A stretch of 53,701 nt of DNA, taken from Candidatus Azambacteria bacterium RIFCSPLOWO2_01_FULL_46_26. GTDB taxonomy: Bacteria > Patescibacteriota > Minisyncoccia > UBA9936. Below are positions 27,770 through 35,524 of the stretch, piece by piece. The DNA lies in contig MEYT01000042.1 in assembly GCA_001774105.1 (NCBI GenBank), forward strand, positions 1 through 53,701. The letters are read 5' to 3'. Position numbers and translations under genes: made by a program. A model generated the notes under the pieces. The model did no database searches. It was not told the origin of the DNA and saw only the letters and a program-made list of their open reading frames with translations. The stretch's first letter is position 1, and each line of letters starts with the position of its first letter.

Positions 27770-30080
27770 ATTCTTCTTTTGAAACCAATATCTCGCGCGG
27801 CTTGGCGCCGTCACCCGGACCTATGACTCCTTCTTCTTCAAGCATATCCAGCAGCCGTGCCGCCCTGGCGTAACCGATTCTTAAGCGCCTTTGAAGCAAT
27901 GAAGCCGAGGCCTTGCCTGCTTCAACGACCAGTTTCCTTGCCTGCAAATAAAGTTCATCGTCTCCTCCCTGGCCGGAATCGTCGTCAAAATTCAATTCTT
28001 TCGGAAAATCCTTTTGTTCCAAAGCGCTGCTCAAGCCGCCGGTTTCGCTTTGGACCTCGCCGCTTTCTCCGAATATCCCGCTCGCGTTTTTCATGTATTC
28101 AACGACCTTTTTAATTTCCTGCTCGGTTAAAAAACTTCCCTGAATGCGCCGGGGTTTGAGCGAATCGGCGGACAGGAAAAGCATATCGCCGCTGCCGAGC
28201 AATTTTTCCGCTCCGGCCATGTCAAGAATCGTCCGTGAATCGATTTGGCTGGCGACTTGAAAAGCAATACGGCTTGTGATGTTCGCTTTGATCAAACCGG
28301 TAATGACTTCAACCGACGGCCGCTGGGTTGAAACAATCAAATGAATGCCCACGGCCCGGGCCATTTGGGCCAGCCGGACGATTGAACCTTCCACCTCTCT
28401 CGGAAAAGCGGCCATTAAATCCGCCAATTCGTCAATCATAATGACGATATACGGCAGACGTCCATCTTGGGGATTTTTTCCGTTGATTTTGGAATTGTAT
28501 GAACCGATGTCTCTGGCTCCGACCTGTTCCAATTTCTCGTATCTCCTTTCCATTTCTCCGACCGCCCAGCGCAAAGCATTGATTGCTTTGCGGCCTTCGG
28601 TAATCACCGGACTCAAAAGATGCGGAATTCCGTTGTAAACCGAAAGTTCCACTCTTTTGGGATCAATAAAAATAAATTTCAAAACTTTGGGGGAATTGCG
28701 GTAAAGAAAACTGATGATGATGTCGTGGATGCAGACCGATTTTCCGGAACCAGTGCTGCCGGCGATCAAAAGATGAGGCATTCGGCCCAAATCGGCGTAT
28801 ACCGGACTGCCGGTGACGTCCCTGCCGAGCGCGAAAGTCAGAGACGAAGGCGCTTCGTTAAACGCTTCAATTTCCAACAAATTTTTCAGACGGACGAGCG
28901 AGGCGATCTTATTCGGAATTTCAATGCCGACCAGGGATCTCCCCGGAATCGGCGCTTCTATTCTGATGGGGTGCGCCGCCAAAGCGAGAGCCAAATCGTT
29001 TTGAAGAGCCATGATGCGGGATAATTTGATGCCCTGAGCCGGCTTTAAAGTATATTGGGTGACGGTCGGGCCGACGTTGACCTCGCCCATTTCAACGTCA
29101 ATTCCGAAATTTTCAAGCGTCCGCTTGATTATGTTGGCGTTGGCTCTGATGTCTCCGCTTGAAGGAACTCCTCTTTCCTCGTCCAAAAATTTTAAAGACG
29201 GCGGCGAATAATCGTCTTCCATGGGCGAGGCCGCGCTTTCGACTGTTTCAAATTCTCCTTCTTCGTCCGTCAATTCGCGCTCAACTCCTTTTTCTTCTTG
29301 TTCCGAGCCGATTTTCTTTATCTCAAAAACCGGCGGATTGGAAAAAAAACTGGTTACAAAATTGCCTCGCCCCGTTTCGTTTTGAATTTGAGGCGGCGCG
29401 GGCTCGGATTCGCGCGCTTCAATAATCTTGTCGCTACCCGAAGGCGAAAAAAACGGCAACGCCTTAATCGGCGCCGAAGATGCGACTTCCGATTCCGCCG
29501 CTTCCTCCTGGATTATTTTCTCCTCACCAACCGTTTCGCGTTTTTGCCAAAAATCGCGAGGCGAAACATTCGCGGCGATTAAAACGGAGATTAAAAATCC
29601 GGCGGCGAAAATCACCAGCGCGGCCCAAAATCCGAAGAAATGCAAAAAGGGATAAGCAAAAAGAAATCCCAGCCACCCGCCCTGAAAATTTTGGCCGAAA
29701 AGCTCAAAAAGCCCCAAAAGAGTCAAAAGAAAAAGACCGGCGCCGAAAAGAGTATGAAAAAAAACGCTCTTCTTTTTTTCGCCCAGCTCCTCAACCGGAC
29801 TTTTACCGAATAAAAAAATGATTCCGATTGCCGCGAACACGGCCGGCAAAACATAGTATCCCCATCCGAAAATCAAAGTCGTTAAATTATAAAAAATTTC
29901 TCCGCCCCTGCCGGTGAGATTGAAAAAACTTAGCGCGACAAGCGCCGCGCCGGCGAGAAAAATAACGCCCCAGACCGCTCTTTTGGTGTCATGCGAAAGA
30001 TTAAACCGGCTTCGCGCTTCGCCCCGTCTCGGCGGGACCTCGCTCTGTTCGCTTTTGTTTTTATTGCTTCTGAACGCCAT
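27756..30080 (-). CDS. ftsK: DNA translocase FtsK/SpoIIIE
   Basis: It has N-terminal TM helices, a linker, a motor domain (LLIAGSTGSGKSVCI, IVIMIDELADL) and a C-terminal gamma winged helix (ASASLLQRRLRIGYARAARLLD). ATG 30080 is preferred. Confidence 0.93.
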   Translation of the reverse strand: MAFRSNKNKSEQSEVPPRRGEARSRFNLSHDTKRAVWGVIFLAGAALVALSFFNLTGRGGEIFYNLTTLIFGWGYYVLPAVFAAIGIIFLFGKSPVEELGEKKKSVFFHTLFGAGLFLLTLLGLFELFGQNFQGGWLGFLFAYPFLHFFGFWAALVIFAAGFLISVLIAANVSPRDFWQKRETVGEEKIIQEEAAESEVASSAPIKALPFFSPSGSDKIIEARESEPAPPQIQNETGRGNFVTSFFSNPPVFEIKKIGSEQEEKGVERELTDEEGEFETVESAASPMEDDYSPPSLKFLDEERGVPSSGDIRANANIIKRTLENFGIDVEMGEVNVGPTVTQYTLKPAQGIKLSRIMALQNDLALALAAHPIRIEAPIPGRSLVGIEIPNKIASLVRLKNLLEIEAFNEAPSSLTFALGRDVTGSPVYADLGRMPHLLIAGSTGSGKSVCIHDIIISFLYRNSPKVLKFIFIDPKRVELSVYNGIPHLLSPVITEGRKAINALRWAVGEMERRYEKLEQVGARDIGSYNSKINGKNPQDGRLPYIVIMIDELADLMAAFPREVEGSIVRLAQMARAVGIHLIVSTQRPSVEVITGLIKANITSRIAFQVASQIDSRTILDMAGAEKLLGSGDMLFLSADSLKPRRIQGSFLTEQEIKKVVEYMKNASGIFGESGEVQSETGGLSSALEQKDFPKELNFDDDSGQGGDDELYLQARKLVVEAGKASASLLQRRLRIGYARAARLLDMLEEEGVIGPGDGAKPREILVSKEEYGEY

Positions 30081-30116
30081 GTTCTTTCTTCCTTTATACC
30101 ACAAAATCAAAAACAA

Positions 30117-30141
30117 TAAAAGCCCCGTTTATTGAGGGGCT
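30117..30141 (-). terminator. Rho-independent terminator after the HExxH protein gene
   Basis: Stem AGCCCC/GGGGCT is followed by TTTTATTGTTTTT on the minus strand. Confidence 0.7.
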
Positions 30142-30143
30142 TT

Positions 30144-30551
30144 TCATTTTTTTTGTCTGTACTTTTTGGGAATGAAGCTTAAAAGCGCTTTCCGCTGATT
30201 CTCGGAAAATCTGTCCCAAATTTTTTCAATTTGATAAATGTTTCTGTGGCTGACGAATTTATCGTCTTCGCTGCTGTTAAAAAGAATGTGGGCAAGTTCA
30301 TGAACAAGGGTCTTGGCAAGGTCATCGCAAGTGGGATGTTCTTTTCGCGAAGGATTCAGATAGATGATATTATTGCCGAAATCTGTCATGCCGCACAGGA
30401 CTTCGGATGGCCCTTCTCCTTCATATCGCAAATTCGGTTTCATCTGGATTTGCCATTCCTCGCTCCTAAGTATTTGGATGAATCTCCGAAAAAACCAATT
30501 TACAAGCCAATCGCCGCTGCTTAACTTCCTGTCTCTCTTCTCCCGCGGCAC
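30144..30551 (-). CDS. Small putative zinc metallopeptidase-like protein (HExxH), unknown family
   Basis: 135 aa with VHELAHILF. It is a monocistronic unit with terminator 30117-30141 and structured repeats upstream. Confidence 0.55.
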   Translation of the reverse strand: MPREKRDRKLSSGDWLVNWFFRRFIQILRSEEWQIQMKPNLRYEGEGPSEVLCGMTDFGNNIIYLNPSRKEHPTCDDLAKTLVHELAHILFNSSEDDKFVSHRNIYQIEKIWDRFSENQRKALLSFIPKKYRQKK

Positions 30552-30650
30552 TTTTTCATCACCCCCTTTTAATCGCCAAAGACAAGTTCGCGCCTTTAAA
30601 ATTTTTAAATAACTAATGTCAGAATAATATTAAAATAAACAAAAAGCAAG

Positions 30651-30680
30651 CCCCGTTAGAAGCCGTGGCTTCTAACGGGG
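30651..30680. repeat. CCCCGTTAGA...TCTAACGGGG inverted repeat, tight hairpin copy
   Basis: CCCCGTTAGAAGCC-gtg-GCTTCTAACGGGG. Only 13 of the 14 nt pair, so the stem is a perfect 13 bp with a 4-nt loop (CGTG). Confidence 0.9.
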
Positions 30681-30717
30681 CAAGACCCGACACAAAACTT
30701 ATTACGTGCGGGATAAA

Positions 30718-30778
30718 CCCCGTTAGAAATAAGACGCTTTTGGCGTCTGCCGCAGCTTTGTGCGGATTTCTAACGGGG
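30718..30778. repeat. CCCCGTTAGA...TCTAACGGGG inverted repeat enclosing two inner hairpins
   Basis: CCCCGTTAGAAAT-[AGACGCttttGGCGTCT]-[CCGCAgctttgTGCGG]-ATTTCTAACGGGG. Confidence 0.88.
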
Positions 30779-30794
30779 TAAACCCGTCGCGTTG

Positions 30795-33700
30795 CTATTT
30801 CTTTGGAGCGACTTCTTTGATTTCCGGCAATTTGACGTTGACCGGGATGGATTTGTTCAAGAGACAGCTGAAGCCGTCGCTGTCGGTAACTTTCAACGAA
30901 ACCGATTTGTTTGATTTTTCCGCGACTTCATTGAAAGTAATTTTCGGATTTTGAACTGTCTCGCATCCGGTCGCCGGGGTCTTGCAAATCGCGTCTTGGA
31001 AAGTCCAGAGCCAATCCGAGATTGACGTTCCGCCGTAAACAATTGATTTGTCTTTGAATTCCACCGTTTCAAGAGCCGAAGGAGTTTTGGGTGTCCATTC
31101 AAAATCAACTCTTGGATATTGATGAGCGGCTGTGCCGAACGACGGGCCGTTAACCCAGGAAGATTCGCTGTTTTCGGTGTCCCAGATCTTGGCTCGCCAA
31201 TAATAAGTCGTGCCATAATTTAACTTTCCCGAAGGGACGGTGTAGGTACGGCCGCTTGACGCGACTTTCCCGGTATCAACTTCGGCCGGGAACGGAAAAA
31301 CGGGATCGCTGTCAACCTGAACCTGATAAGCGCTCTGGGTGGGAACGACAACCGTTACGCCGTAATTTGTTCCATTGAAGCGAATCCAGCCAATGTTTTC
31401 CGAACCCCAGACATACCCTTCCAGATTGTTGCCGTTTTTGTAGATGCCATAGGTTGAGCCGTTTGTGGCGGTGCCGGAAAGTTTTATCCAGCCGCGGTCG
31501 CCGCCGAAACTTTTGTAACGAAGCACTCTTGCCCAACCGGTTACCTGATTGTTTGACAAGTTCAATTTCGCGCGGCAATTACCCGAGCAGGGCGCGCCGG
31601 AGATATTTTCATCGCTTGAGTTAATCGCGCCGTCGCCGTTATAATCGCCGAAACTGATCCAGCCGATTCTTGAAGACCATGCGTAACCGGAAAAATTTCC
31701 GTTCCCGGAATCAATTTTAACGCTGTAAGCGGACATGGCGGTTCCGGCCGCCGGACAGCCGGAGCTGCCGTTTGATTTGCCGTCATTGTCCGTATCGCAA
31801 TTTGACGAGTTGAAGCTTATCCAGCGGATGTTTGTTGACCATGCCCATCCTTTTGAAAACCACATGGCGGAGGAAAGATCCCAGGAAAGCGTCGGCTGCA
31901 AAGCGGCAACACAAGAGTCGCCGGGAATAACGGTTAGATTGGTTGGAACAACGCTTACGCCTGGCGCGGCCACCGCCACGGTCGTAAAATTTAAAATCGT
32001 TCCTTTTGAAGTGCCTGAACTGTTTGAAGCCGCGGCTCTGAAGTAATAGGTTGCGCCGGAGGAAAGACCGGAAATTGACGCGCTGTAACTAACGGCCGAT
32101 GTTCCGCTACCGAGATTTTGAGTCGGCGAGGTGGTGTTAAAAGTTGAAAGGGAAGCGGAAGTCCCCCATTCAAACCAGGCGCTTGTTGCCAAGCCGTTCG
32201 GATTTGCCGAACCATTTAAAGCGGCGCCGTTGGCCGTAACCGAACTTACGGGATTTGTCGATACGCCTGGAGAGTTCGCGTTAAAATTCGCGGTTACCGA
32301 TTGAGCGGAATTCATCGTTACGACGCAGATGCCGGTCCCGGAACATCCGGCGCCGGACCAGCCGGTGAAGGTTGAGCCGCCGGATACCGAAGCGGTGAGA
32401 GTGACCGATGTGCCGTCAATATAGTTTTCGGAACAATCAGCGCCGCAATTTATACCCGCCGGAGACGAAGTCACGGTGCCGGAACCGGAGCCTGATTTGG
32501 AAACGGTAAGGGTTTTTGTGTTAAAAGTTTGGCCGAAAGCCGCGTTCACCGATTTATCCGCGTCAATATTAACGGTACAGGTTGTCCCGCTCCCCGTACA
32601 AGCACCCGTCCAGTTTAAAAATACGGCGCCGTTGGTATTAGAAGCGGTTAATGTCACCGAAGTTCCATAATTGTAGACCTCGGAACAATCAGCGCCGCAA
32701 TTTATGCCCGAGGGAGAGGAGGTCACGGTGCCGTTGGCGGCGCCCGCGGAAGATTTGGTGACCGTAAGAGTTCTTTTAGCTATTGTCAAAGTATAAGTTG
32801 TTTTATAGATCTGCTTTATACTAAGATACTTATCTGTTGCCTCAATTGTAATAGGATAAACTCCCGGTGTTGCTCCTCCGCCGGCAGTAAAGGTTAAAGT
32901 TGAATTGCAAGTAGGCGTGCACGAAGATAAAGAAAAAGCAGCGGTGACTCCTGACGGCAAACCGGAAATACTAAAATCAACAGGACCAACATTTGGCCCG
33001 CCGCTTACATGAGTGACGGTTACAGTCGTTGAAACAGCAGTTTCTTTTCCTAAAACTATTTGTCCTGAAGCGGGATTAACTCCTGTTGAAACATCGCGAG
33101 TGGTGTAAGAAACAATTGAACCAAAACCCTTCCCTCCAGAATTTTCGGCAATAGCGCAGTAGTAATAGGTAGTAGTGCGGGAATGAGAAAGACCTACGCC
33201 CGCGGTATTAAAAGAAACTGAACTTGTCCCGCTGCCAAGAGATTTTTGAGTGTTAGTGAGTTCAGGATACCTGTATCCAAAAGTATCATTACAAGAACCG
33301 GGATTGGTGGAACTGTACCGAAACCAAGCTGTCGTGGCGAAGCCATTGGGATTAGCCGTGCCATTAAGTTGCGCGTAGTAGGAAGAAACATCACTAGCCG
33401 GAGAAGTGGTAACCGTAGGGGGCACGGGGAGAGAAGGCCCAAAAGCTCTGAGTTCGTAAGTATAATGCCTGGCGACCGCGTTATACGGCGAACCATAATT
33501 CGCCTTTCCTGTCGCTTTGATTCTGATTGCCGAAACATTGGACCACGAACCCGTTTGTGTGTTTGTTTTCGTGGACGCCAAATTTATCGTATTTTCGGTT
33601 CCAGTCATTACATCTAGCCAATTACCTCCGATGTTTAACGCCACGATCCACGATACTGAAGGGCTATACTGGCCTAATTCAAATCTGTGGGCAATTTCTA

Positions 33701-34007
33701 CTTTATTCAAGCTAACCGCTTGAGGAAAAGTTACCAAAGCACTGTACGAAAAATTACAATTTGTAATATATGATACGCATTCGCCTTCATAATAAGTGGT
33801 GGTACTATCATTATCTCTGATATTATTAGGTACGCCATTAACTTTCGCAACAGATGTGCCGGAATCTAATGCGCCGGAAGCTGTTGAACCGGGATCAAGA
33901 CTCCAATTCACGTCAGCCGCCAGAACACCGTTAATTCCAAAAAAACCGAAGCCGATAAGGGCGGTGAAAATAATTACCGAAAATAAAAGCGCGAGGTTCT
34001 TTTTCAT
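30795..34007 (-). CDS. Giant secreted multidomain surface protein (lectin-like N-terminal domain, Fn3-like domains, two InlB-B-repeat-like Cys modules, four GW repeats, PKD-like C-terminus)
   Basis: 1070 aa.
- Signal/anchor MKKNLALLFSVIIFTALIGFGFF.
- The N-terminal domain ends HYTYELRAFG (discoidin-like).
- Two Fn3-like units: LNG.ANPNG.AT.AWF...GTTYY.
- Two units G.VTSSP.GINCGADCSE.Y..GTSVTLTAS...F..W.G.C.G...C.V.
- Four G[WY][AV]W[SG]xxIGWI[SR]F-type repeats.
- C-terminal FEWTPKTPSALETVEFKD (PKD-like). Confidence 0.8.
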   Translation of the reverse strand: MKKNLALLFSVIIFTALIGFGFFGINGVLAADVNWSLDPGSTASGALDSGTSVAKVNGVPNNIRDNDSTTTYYEGECVSYITNCNFSYSALVTFPQAVSLNKVEIAHRFELGQYSPSVSWIVALNIGGNWLDVMTGTENTINLASTKTNTQTGSWSNVSAIRIKATGKANYGSPYNAVARHYTYELRAFGPSLPVPPTVTTSPASDVSSYYAQLNGTANPNGFATTAWFRYSSTNPGSCNDTFGYRYPELTNTQKSLGSGTSSVSFNTAGVGLSHSRTTTYYYCAIAENSGGKGFGSIVSYTTRDVSTGVNPASGQIVLGKETAVSTTVTVTHVSGGPNVGPVDFSISGLPSGVTAAFSLSSCTPTCNSTLTFTAGGGATPGVYPITIEATDKYLSIKQIYKTTYTLTIAKRTLTVTKSSAGAANGTVTSSPSGINCGADCSEVYNYGTSVTLTASNTNGAVFLNWTGACTGSGTTCTVNIDADKSVNAAFGQTFNTKTLTVSKSGSGSGTVTSSPAGINCGADCSENYIDGTSVTLTASVSGGSTFTGWSGAGCSGTGICVVTMNSAQSVTANFNANSPGVSTNPVSSVTANGAALNGSANPNGLATSAWFEWGTSASLSTFNTTSPTQNLGSGTSAVSYSASISGLSSGATYYFRAAASNSSGTSKGTILNFTTVAVAAPGVSVVPTNLTVIPGDSCVAALQPTLSWDLSSAMWFSKGWAWSTNIRWISFNSSNCDTDNDGKSNGSSGCPAAGTAMSAYSVKIDSGNGNFSGYAWSSRIGWISFGDYNGDGAINSSDENISGAPCSGNCRAKLNLSNNQVTGWARVLRYKSFGGDRGWIKLSGTATNGSTYGIYKNGNNLEGYVWGSENIGWIRFNGTNYGVTVVVPTQSAYQVQVDSDPVFPFPAEVDTGKVASSGRTYTVPSGKLNYGTTYYWRAKIWDTENSESSWVNGPSFGTAAHQYPRVDFEWTPKTPSALETVEFKDKSIVYGGTSISDWLWTFQDAICKTPATGCETVQNPKITFNEVAEKSNKSVSLKVTDSDGFSCLLNKSIPVNVKLPEIKEVAPKK

Positions 34008-34040
34008 GATAATGTCTCTTAAAACTTGAAATATGAATTG

Positions 34041-34589
34041 CTAAGGCAAGACCAACAATGACACTTTTACGGCGTTGAATTCCTGCTTTGTTTTGATGTT
34101 TTCCGCGGCTTCAGCCGTGACGGTATCCCCGACTTTAAGGTCGGATAGCGGAATTTTCTTTTCTTCAGGCCCGACCGGCACGCCTTCCGGCCCTATTATC
34201 GGAGAGGGCGGCATAGTTAAATCAACCTTGACTATCGGCGCATCCTTGCCGACGGTAATTTTCCTTATTTCTTTTTTCGGCTCCTTGCCCGGCAAAATCC
34301 TTTCGGTCAAAGAAGAAATTTCAAGTTCAATCACATCGCCTTGAATTGATTTTATCTCGCCCGAAACCGAGCGGATGTCCTCCGGCAGTGGCGGATAAAA
34401 CACCTCCAGCGCCCTGTTGAGCTCGGAGACCTCTTGGGCGCTTTCTTGCTTGCCCGTCTCTACCCCGGCCTGCTTGCCGGATTCATACCCCGATTTTTGG
34501 CCATACCAAAAACCCGCGCCAAAACCAACGGCACAACCGACAGTAATCGCGACAACCGCGATAAGAACGTATTTCAAATAATTTTTCAT
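34041..34589 (-). CDS. N-terminally anchored hypothetical protein
   Basis: 182 aa with one TM helix. It is co-directional with the pilus cluster. No family recognised. Confidence 0.6.
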   Translation of the reverse strand: MKNYLKYVLIAVVAITVGCAVGFGAGFWYGQKSGYESGKQAGVETGKQESAQEVSELNRALEVFYPPLPEDIRSVSGEIKSIQGDVIELEISSLTERILPGKEPKKEIRKITVGKDAPIVKVDLTMPPSPIIGPEGVPVGPEEKKIPLSDLKVGDTVTAEAAENIKTKQEFNAVKVSLLVLP

Positions 34590-34629
34590 ATTGTGTCTTA
34601 AAACTTATAACTTAAAACTGACATGAGGT

Positions 34630-34694
34630 GTCATCCTGAACGCAGTGAAGGATCTCAAGAGATTCTTCCCCCGCCTTGGCGGGGTCAGAATGAC
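34630..34694. repeat. GTCATYCTGA...TCAGAATGAC multi-hairpin element, intergenic copy
   Basis: GTCATCCTGAACGCAGTGAAGGATCTCaagaGATTCTTCCCCCGCCTTGGCGGGGTCAGAATGAC. Confidence 0.85.
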
Positions 34695-34711
34695 AGCTCG
34701 CTTTTATTATA

Positions 34712-34957
34712 TCACTTTTTAATCAATTTCGGTACTATCTGCTCGTAATCCTCCAGATTGAAACGGACAACCTGGCTCTGAACCGCGATTTCGTCAACTT
34801 CAAAACTCTTTACGATCGCGCCGGCGATGAAAGCAATCGCCTTATAAAAAGTAAAAAATATCAGCGATATCACAATCAAAGACACTATCAGATAAACCTG
34901 TTCGCGAAGTTTAATCTGCTTTAATTTCGTTAAAATGTTTAAATTTTGCACTATCAT
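34712..34957 (-). CDS. Small single-TM protein downstream of the pilO-like gene
   Basis: 81 aa with a central TM helix. It lies 15 nt after the preceding gene. Confidence 0.55.
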   Translation of the reverse strand: MIVQNLNILTKLKQIKLREQVYLIVSLIVISLIFFTFYKAIAFIAGAIVKSFEVDEIAVQSQVVRFNLEDYEQIVPKLIKK

Positions 34958-34972
34958 TTTAATTTTTATTAA

Positions 34973-35506
34973 TTACGGGGCCGTATATATTTTCCCCGAA
35001 TAATTGATTCTTGAAGGATTGTAAAGCCCCTGAAGTCCGACCAATGCAATCTCGGAAAATTTGACGAAATGAGGCAATTTTTCCGCCTCTTTCAAATAGT
35101 TCAAAAAATTGGGCAATGTTCCGTCAATCGTCGCCCGGAAAACCATTCCGGCCGGCTCGCCGCCTTCAGCCGAAGTTATCTGCTGGCCGATGGCCAACTG
35201 GGCGGCCAAACCGTTCTTCTCCGCCAGTTTGTCCAATTTATTGAAATAAACGAACAAATCGTCGGCTTTGGGCAGGGCGCTTTCCAAAACCGGGAGATTG
35301 GGCTCTATGATTTTATAATCGGCCTGAAGGCGCGTCAATGATTCGGCTTTTTGATCCCAAACCGCGATAAGGGTTCTTTTTGTCCTTACGGCCTCGCTAT
35401 TGACGGCAATCTGTCTTGATGTATAAAAAACCACTCCGCCGGTCAAAATCAAAACCAGCGTTAATCGCAAAACGACGGATAAAAGATATTCTTTAAAAAT
35501 ATTCAT
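34973..35506 (-). CDS. pilO: PilO-like type IV pilus alignment protein
   Basis: 177 aa. An N-terminal TM helix is followed by a coiled segment and an alpha/beta C-terminal domain. It lies immediately after pilM/N. The call rests on architecture and position, not on a strict motif. Confidence 0.6.
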   Translation of the reverse strand: MNIFKEYLLSVVLRLTLVLILTGGVVFYTSRQIAVNSEAVRTKRTLIAVWDQKAESLTRLQADYKIIEPNLPVLESALPKADDLFVYFNKLDKLAEKNGLAAQLAIGQQITSAEGGEPAGMVFRATIDGTLPNFLNYLKEAEKLPHFVKFSEIALVGLQGLYNPSRINYSGKIYTAP

Positions 35507-35524
35507 ATTTTCTGGCGAATTTAT

